Positions 54,441-64,000 of a DNA stretch of 64,000 nucleotides are shown piece after piece (positions within the stretch are counted from its first letter, which is position 1; the number at the start of each line of letters is the position of its first letter). The notes under the pieces were generated by a model, which saw nothing but the letters and a program-made list of their open reading frames with translations, had not been told where the DNA came from and searched no databases. The translations under genes and the position numbers were made by a program. The stretch lies in sequence record OR608733.1; one strand, written 5' to 3'.

Positions 54441-55813
54441 TATGCCGGTTCCCCTATATTAGTCCACGTTGATCCAACTTTACGTAGGAATAGAGTATTC
54501 CTATAGGAAGTAGCTGTTGTACCATTGCCATGTCCAATAACGAATTCTTGATCGTAATGGCAAATAGCTAATGAACCAGGCCACCATTGTTCAGGATCTG
54601 AGAAGTATGTGTTATGGAAAGCAATTGCTTCTTGAATAGACTTAAAGTTGGTGTTATTCCAGTGGACCATCGTTCCTGTTTTTTGGAAGCGATTAAATAT
54701 AAAACCGAAATGAGTCCATTGACCATTAGGCATCAATGTCCAATCACGGCCAGGCCAGGTAGCTGAATTACCAATCCTACCAGGTGCTAGTCGACCAGTC
54801 GTCAATACACTTAAAGGCATTTTAGCACGTACTGTTTCACCCATGCTATAAATATCTTGACCAAATAAAAGTTTAGACGTATTGGCTGTTTTACCTTTAT
54901 CTAATTTTTGATTTAGTAAAATATTAGCTTGAGTAACAGTATACGTATTTAATTGTTCAGCCGTTACCCTGTGTGGGTTAGTGGTGACATCGTTAACGTG
55001 TGCCAGATATTGAACTGTATAATTGGTATCAACTGATAACTTCATTGACCATGGCGTAGCATAGACATTCATGATAGCGCCATTTGGCTGTTTGGCTTGT
55101 GTTTCAGTTGCAATGCCAGCATTATAAACATTACCTAATGCCACTTGTCCTTTACGTGTCTGGTGTGGGTTAGTGGTGGTATCATTGATGTGTGTAGTAA
55201 GCCGCGCTTCAATTGTATTAAGATCAGCTTCTATTAGACTTAACTGATATTTAAACTCATCTAAAATGGAGTCATACGAGTCTGATGAGCTTTTCTTTAA
55301 TAAGTCAGTTATTTCTTTTAACTTAACAACTCTAGGCGTAAAACCATAAAGTTCCCAATAGGCATGCATATGTCCATTAGGTTTGAATTGGTCAGGAATA
55401 TCTAAGATATTAGACCAATGTGGTTTACGGGTATTATTTAAAAGAGCATTAGCATGCTCAGAAATGGAAGGCGCAAGGTTACAGTATATACCACCGCACA
55501 TCTGAGCATCAATGTAAATATCCTCGTGGACATCTTGTTTTGTAATGACAATTACTGAACAAGCTTCAAGTCCAGTCTTCTCGATTACCTCCGGATTAAT
55601 ACCAGTGCACTGATAATCCATCTCTGGATTTAACTCATTTTGCCTACCATCTCTGATAACCATTCCTTTAGTATAAAAGTAACCCTTATCCATCACGATG
55701 ATGCGATAGGGGAATCCTTTCTGTTTTGCTAGTGAATGGTATTCACCCTTTGTTCGGTTACTATAACTCTCTCCAGTTTCATCAAATGGAAGAGGTAAAA
55801 GTAATGGATTCAT
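54440..55813 (-). CDS. gp134: Tail-tip/fibre protein of the gp131 family (457 aa)
   Basis: LPLPFD..KGYFYTK N-domain; HINDTTTNPHQT and HVNDVTTNPHRVT repeats. Confidence 0.78.
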   Translation of the reverse strand: MNPLLLPLPFDETGESYSNRTKGEYHSLAKQKGFPYRIIVMDKGYFYTKGMVIRDGRQNELNPEMDYQCTGINPEVIEKTGLEACSVIVITKQDVHEDIYIDAQMCGGIYCNLAPSISEHANALLNNTRKPHWSNILDIPDQFKPNGHMHAYWELYGFTPRVVKLKEITDLLKKSSSDSYDSILDEFKYQLSLIEADLNTIEARLTTHINDTTTNPHQTRKGQVALGNVYNAGIATETQAKQPNGAIMNVYATPWSMKLSVDTNYTVQYLAHVNDVTTNPHRVTAEQLNTYTVTQANILLNQKLDKGKTANTSKLLFGQDIYSMGETVRAKMPLSVLTTGRLAPGRIGNSATWPGRDWTLMPNGQWTHFGFIFNRFQKTGTMVHWNNTNFKSIQEAIAFHNTYFSDPEQWWPGSLAICHYDQEFVIGHGNGTTATSYRNTLFLRKVGSTWTNIGEPA

Positions 55814-55824
55814 CTAAACTATCC

Positions 55825-57213
55825 TTATGGAATTACCCAGCCACCTTGTGAACGGAAACACACGTAGTTAGGAGTATAATCAACGAAAATCAATCCGTTA
55901 CCAGCTGCCTGGATTTTCTGTTCTTTAATAGTGAAGAATACAGTAGATCCAATAGGCCATGCATCTGGATTAGTGAAGTTAGTTCTACAGAAATCTAATG
56001 CTGCTTGCACAGATGGTTGTAATCCTAGTGCATAAAACTTTAACTTAACCGGATATGAATACTCTGTGGCTAATTGATCAAAGTGTGTAAAGATACCATT
56101 CCCACGGAGTGGTGCTTTCCATTGTCCCATTGTCCCGGAACCAATCCGATTTATATTGATGACATTACTCTGGCCATCGCCAGCTGTAAAGTTCACGTCT
56201 GTGTCAAAGTTCTTACGCATCCACCAAATAAGATCGCTATAACCCATTAAAGTAGCAGTTGGTTGCCCTTTAGGTTTATAATAAACCATATTAGTATTAG
56301 CTACTGTATCAGTCTTTAAATATTTACCAGTAATTCGTGAATCAAAATCACTTTTTAAATATGACTGTACATGCGTATTTTTGACTTTATGTGGATTATC
56401 ACGGCGAGCTATGTGGGCATTAAGTGGTTTTATAGCTATTTCATCTAATACGCCATATGCTAATTGCGGTGTTAGATAATGTGCATTAGATTGACCTAGT
56501 TGGGCAATGGCTGGAGTAGCCAATGGAAAGTTATTAACTAAACCTAGTTCAACATTGGTTGGGGTAATCTTGTGTGGATTAGCTTTATCCTGAATATGCT
56601 TTTCTAGGCGGTCATTAAATTTCTTTAAGAACTCATCATAAATCTCTTTAACTTTACTACGGTATTCATCTTCACCGCTTGTATCACCAGCCATGAGTGC
56701 CTGTGTTATCCACTCCATCTCGTTATTGTAAGGCTGATACGTATCAAGATGCCATCGTTCACCAACTAACTCACCGTCTTTCCAATATGGTTCGTTACCA
56801 GTGTAGTCGAGATCTTTTGGCTTTGGCTTACCATTTGTTTTCCACCAGTTAATATAATCATCAATAACTGTGAAACTAAACGCTAGATCACCGCCCACCA
56901 TGTGAGCTGAAGTATACACTATTGGTGTACTAGGTGTTTTTAAGAAAACAATTGCTGAACATATTTCTTGACCGACATACGCACTAGCATCTTTGTGATA
57001 ATAAGTAACAATATAATCAATATCTTTAACTAAACGATTATATTTACCATCATAAACTTCTAACCCTTTTGTATAGAATCCACCATGATATAACTTGATG
57101 ATTCTATAGTCGAACCCCTGATACTGAACTAGAGTATGTGGCTCACTACCAATGAAACAATCTGGATTTGTACCTAATGGATCAAATGGTAATTGTAAAA
57201 TAGGATTATACAT
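55825..57213 (-). CDS. gp133: Tail-tip/fibre protein of the gp131 family (462 aa)
   Basis: LQLPFDP..HGGFYTK N-domain; HIQDKANPHKIT and HIARRDNPHKVK repeats. Confidence 0.78.
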   Translation of the reverse strand: MYNPILQLPFDPLGTNPDCFIGSEPHTLVQYQGFDYRIIKLYHGGFYTKGLEVYDGKYNRLVKDIDYIVTYYHKDASAYVGQEICSAIVFLKTPSTPIVYTSAHMVGGDLAFSFTVIDDYINWWKTNGKPKPKDLDYTGNEPYWKDGELVGERWHLDTYQPYNNEMEWITQALMAGDTSGEDEYRSKVKEIYDEFLKKFNDRLEKHIQDKANPHKITPTNVELGLVNNFPLATPAIAQLGQSNAHYLTPQLAYGVLDEIAIKPLNAHIARRDNPHKVKNTHVQSYLKSDFDSRITGKYLKTDTVANTNMVYYKPKGQPTATLMGYSDLIWWMRKNFDTDVNFTAGDGQSNVININRIGSGTMGQWKAPLRGNGIFTHFDQLATEYSYPVKLKFYALGLQPSVQAALDFCRTNFTNPDAWPIGSTVFFTIKEQKIQAAGNGLIFVDYTPNYVCFRSQGGWVIP

Positions 57214-57243
57214 AAGAAATACCTTTTAACTGAAACAGCAAAA

Positions 57244-57270
57244 AGAGACACAGCTTTTGGCTGTGTCTCT
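57244..57270. terminator. Stem-loop terminator
   Basis: AGAGACACAGC-ttttg-GCTGTGTCTCT, followed on the minus strand by TTTGCTGTTT. Confidence 0.7.
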
Positions 57271-57287
57271 TATGCCGGGTCAGATGT

Positions 57288-57620
57288 TTATAGACGGTCT
57301 GCTGCGTCATTAAATAATTTCGCAAGTGGACCGTATATGTGCACTCGATTATAATCATCTGTCCGTTTAGGAGTCATGTACGTAGTGTTATTGAAACCTT
57401 CTTGTGCACGCTTCTTAGTAGCTGGACGATAGTTAGCCACATTACCAAGACCAATATCTGATGGTTGCAGATTATGTGGGTTACCTCTAGCTGCAATATG
57501 CCCATTGATCCTATTAATAACGGCTATGAATTTATTAAGGACTGCCTTAGTAAATAAGCCTTGGTTACTAATAGAAGCATTTATTTGGGCATCCATCTCT
57601 TGACGTGTAACTTCTGCCAT
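57288..57620 (-). CDS. gp132: Small gp131-family repeat protein (110 aa)
   Basis: One HIAARGNPHNLQPSDIGLGNVANY repeat, nearly identical to a gp131 repeat; AGGA RBS. Confidence 0.72.
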   Translation of the reverse strand: MAEVTRQEMDAQINASISNQGLFTKAVLNKFIAVINRINGHIAARGNPHNLQPSDIGLGNVANYRPATKKRAQEGFNNTTYMTPKRTDDYNRVHIYGPLAKLFNDAADRL

Positions 57621-57632
57621 TTTTAAATCCTC

Positions 57633-59948
57633 TTATGGACCAGTGGGTGGAGTTGGTTCAATATGTTTCACACGTGTACCCCTGCCATTCCATAATAAGG
57701 AGTTATCAGGTGAATCTCCCCAAAACATGACTTGATTCAAAGTATTTACCGTCACAGTGAAATTATGCCCAGCTGCCAATTGAATATATGGTCCAGCATG
57801 ATCATCTACGTCACATTGCCCTTCATCGTTATTTCCAAAGAAAGCGATTTGGCCATTACCATACATCACAGTGTAATGTGTATACAATCCTGATACACCA
57901 CCAATTGGGTTACTATTTACATTAGCAGTTACATCGTTACCACGTCCATCAAACCATAATGGCGAGATAACCATAAAGGATGTATCATTACCATTGCGGA
58001 TGATTTCCATGACATGTACTTTACTAGATTCAGATGTATAATCTTCAGGAGCAACTAATGGATCTATTGAATGCATGATGATGTGGGTGCAACCAATTGA
58101 CATTGAATCAATAACATGATTCAATGGTTTAATTGTGTTGTTAACAAAATCATTAAAAGCACTAATGAAGCTTGGGATACCATAAGCTGTATATACATAG
58201 TCAGCACTGCTAGCTGGACCTATGTTTACAACAACTGTCATTTCACCAGGATAGGTGTCTTCAGTATTGGTAAATATAGCCCATGGTTTATTAGCAGCAG
58301 GTACTAATAGTTCAGATGTACCACCTTTAACACAACGATAAAGATCTTGGTGCTCAAAGATTGCTGATTCACCTGTTGAACTAAAGATGAACTTACCTGT
58401 TAACATATACAGAGATGTTTTATTCGCCCAGATACTTGAAGGAATATTCCCATCTATAGGTGCAGTCCATTCTACTGGAATTGGTATCATCTCATCGACT
58501 TTAGTTTCATCGATACATGCTGACTTGGCTACACCATTTTCTACCCAATACTGACCATATCGGTGAGATACCCAGGATTCCTGAGCATATCCTAAACGCT
58601 CTGGTATAACAGCATAAGGGTTAGCTGGTGATTTAGGATGAACTACACAGTCATCTCTGACAATTGTACAATCCCACCAACTATTAAATCCAGCATAAGC
58701 ATGGAAACCTGCCGTGACACCTTGAATTAATTCCATTCGGTCATATTCACTAGTATCATCCACAATAACTGGTAATGTATCTATCTTTAATTGTACATCA
58801 TCCCAGTTAGCGTTATAGCCGGCTGCCATCCTTTCAATATCACCGAATGATGGGAATTCATCTTTCCATTGCTCAGGTGTTAATCCACCAAAGGTAGAAG
58901 CATCACCACCACCTAGTCCTGCCAGTAGTTGATCAACTTGTGTTTTAGTATATGCATTAACCTGGTCGGCAGTTACAACGTGTGGGTTATTTTCATTACT
59001 AATATGTTGATTAAGTTTCTCTTCTAGTTCATTAATTCTAGAAGCATCACCAATCTGACTATAGAGAATAGATGCAGTATAAGGTGTTAATAATACCGAA
59101 TCATTAGTTACATCTACCGCGGTAGTTGGTGTTGCAGCTGGGTAGTTAGGAACATTACCTAAATTAATATCAGCTGCTGTTAGACCGTGTACGTTACCCC
59201 TAGCCGCTATGTGGGCATTAAGCGGATTTACGGCAAACTTATTAACTAATGCTAATGTACCACGTGGGTTCGTAAATAGATCATTACGATTAGCATCTAA
59301 ATGCTGTTGATCACTTGCCATTGCATAGTTTGGAACTAGTGACAAGCCAACTTGTGCTTTAGTTACCCTGTGTGGGTTATTATAATCATGAATATGTTGG
59401 TCAGTTGTACCGGCAGCCGCAGCACGGATAGCTTCTATAATCCCTTCGATACCTTCAAGAATCTCTTTACTACCTACTAATGAATCAATAGGTTGATTGT
59501 GTTCTAAAGGTGGGAAAGAAGCAGGTAATGGACCAATTGCACCCCATGACCGAATCAAGGGGTTATACTGTTTGCGTGCAAGCTCAGCCAGGATCTGCTG
59601 ATTACTAAATCCCCATTGCCCACCTATTGTACGATAATCCATACCAATCATAGCGTTTATCGAACGCTTCATGATACGTATAGATCCAGCGATAGGTCTA
59701 CCTATCGATTCCATAGCTTCAATAAACCAATGCCCAATAAGGTAATCAACACCTTCTACATAAGTCTGATTGGTCAGTGGGTTAAATAGTCGTAATGAAT
59801 CTACAAAGAAAGGTGCAGCAAATGGTATAATGAAATAATAATCATCACCATCTGGTACCTGGAGAGTTTGGCGCTCACCTTTAATAAAGTTCTGGGGATT
59901 TGTTCCATTGGGGTCGAATGGATATAACCCAGTTTCACCGTGGGCCAT
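57633..59948 (-). CDS. gp131: Tail-tip/baseplate fibre protein with C-terminal beta-propeller (771 aa)
   Basis: 771 aa; YPFDPNG N-domain; three NPH/NVH repeats; RCC1-like C-terminal blades (FFGNNDEGQC, LAAGHNFTV); AAGGAGG RBS. Confidence 0.85.
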   Translation of the reverse strand: MAHGETGLYPFDPNGTNPQNFIKGERQTLQVPDGDDYYFIIPFAAPFFVDSLRLFNPLTNQTYVEGVDYLIGHWFIEAMESIGRPIAGSIRIMKRSINAMIGMDYRTIGGQWGFSNQQILAELARKQYNPLIRSWGAIGPLPASFPPLEHNQPIDSLVGSKEILEGIEGIIEAIRAAAAGTTDQHIHDYNNPHRVTKAQVGLSLVPNYAMASDQQHLDANRNDLFTNPRGTLALVNKFAVNPLNAHIAARGNVHGLTAADINLGNVPNYPAATPTTAVDVTNDSVLLTPYTASILYSQIGDASRINELEEKLNQHISNENNPHVVTADQVNAYTKTQVDQLLAGLGGGDASTFGGLTPEQWKDEFPSFGDIERMAAGYNANWDDVQLKIDTLPVIVDDTSEYDRMELIQGVTAGFHAYAGFNSWWDCTIVRDDCVVHPKSPANPYAVIPERLGYAQESWVSHRYGQYWVENGVAKSACIDETKVDEMIPIPVEWTAPIDGNIPSSIWANKTSLYMLTGKFIFSSTGESAIFEHQDLYRCVKGGTSELLVPAANKPWAIFTNTEDTYPGEMTVVVNIGPASSADYVYTAYGIPSFISAFNDFVNNTIKPLNHVIDSMSIGCTHIIMHSIDPLVAPEDYTSESSKVHVMEIIRNGNDTSFMVISPLWFDGRGNDVTANVNSNPIGGVSGLYTHYTVMYGNGQIAFFGNNDEGQCDVDDHAGPYIQLAAGHNFTVTVNTLNQVMFWGDSPDNSLLWNGRGTRVKHIEPTPPTGP

Positions 59949-60045
59949 GGTTGCCCTCCTTTAATAAAACGCTATTGCGCAATTTGTTAGCGTAATGATG
60001 TGAAATTCACATAGGATTGTCCAATCATTCCATGGAGACTAATAG

Positions 60046-61329
<1,284 letters not shown>

Positions 61330-61332
61330 CGT

Positions 61333-61364
61333 CATAAGCCCTCCCATTACGGGAGGGCATTATG
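61333..61364. terminator. Conserved palindromic element / bidirectional terminator, copy 6
   Basis: CATAA-GCCCTCCC-attac-GGGAGGGC-ATTATG between convergent genes; exact reverse complement of copy 1. Confidence 0.75.
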
Positions 61365-61378
61365 TTGTTTAGAAATTA

Positions 61379-64000
<2,622 letters not shown>

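Overview
This window is ~64 kb of an AT-rich Pseudomonas jumbo-phage genome very close to phiKZ (Phikzvirus), running in reverse gene order from about gp181 to gp129. The assignment rests on proteins I recognise. These include the 260-aa endolysin (gp144, Glu115), the giant tail lytic transglycosylase whose catalytic Glu falls at residue 1906 (gp181), the split virion RNA polymerase subunits and the prohead protease (Ser168, ALE210). Both ends cut a gene: gp181 lacks its 3' end and the portal lacks its 5' end. Contents: vRNAP/head-maturation operon, a small early-gene island with two near-identical early promoters, SbcC, central spike plus PAAR tip, inner-body proteins, RNase H, UvsX, collagen-like fibres, a lysis region, RuvC, two 2OG-Fe(II)-type oxygenases, the gp131-135 tail-tip family and the portal. 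I found no tRNA, rRNA, CRISPR array, integrase or transposase by eye. The phiKZ gp numbers are from memory and synteny, not from a database search. The most interesting signals are: (1) a ~70% GC, apparently recoded patch over the vRNAP catalytic DFDGD codons, where I recall phiKZ carrying a homing-endonuclease intron; (2) an SD-sequestering, pseudoknot-topology element with an internal late TATG upstream of the endolysin; (3) two spanin-like gene pairs plus a holin candidate; (4) a family of CATA-hairpin-TATG elements.
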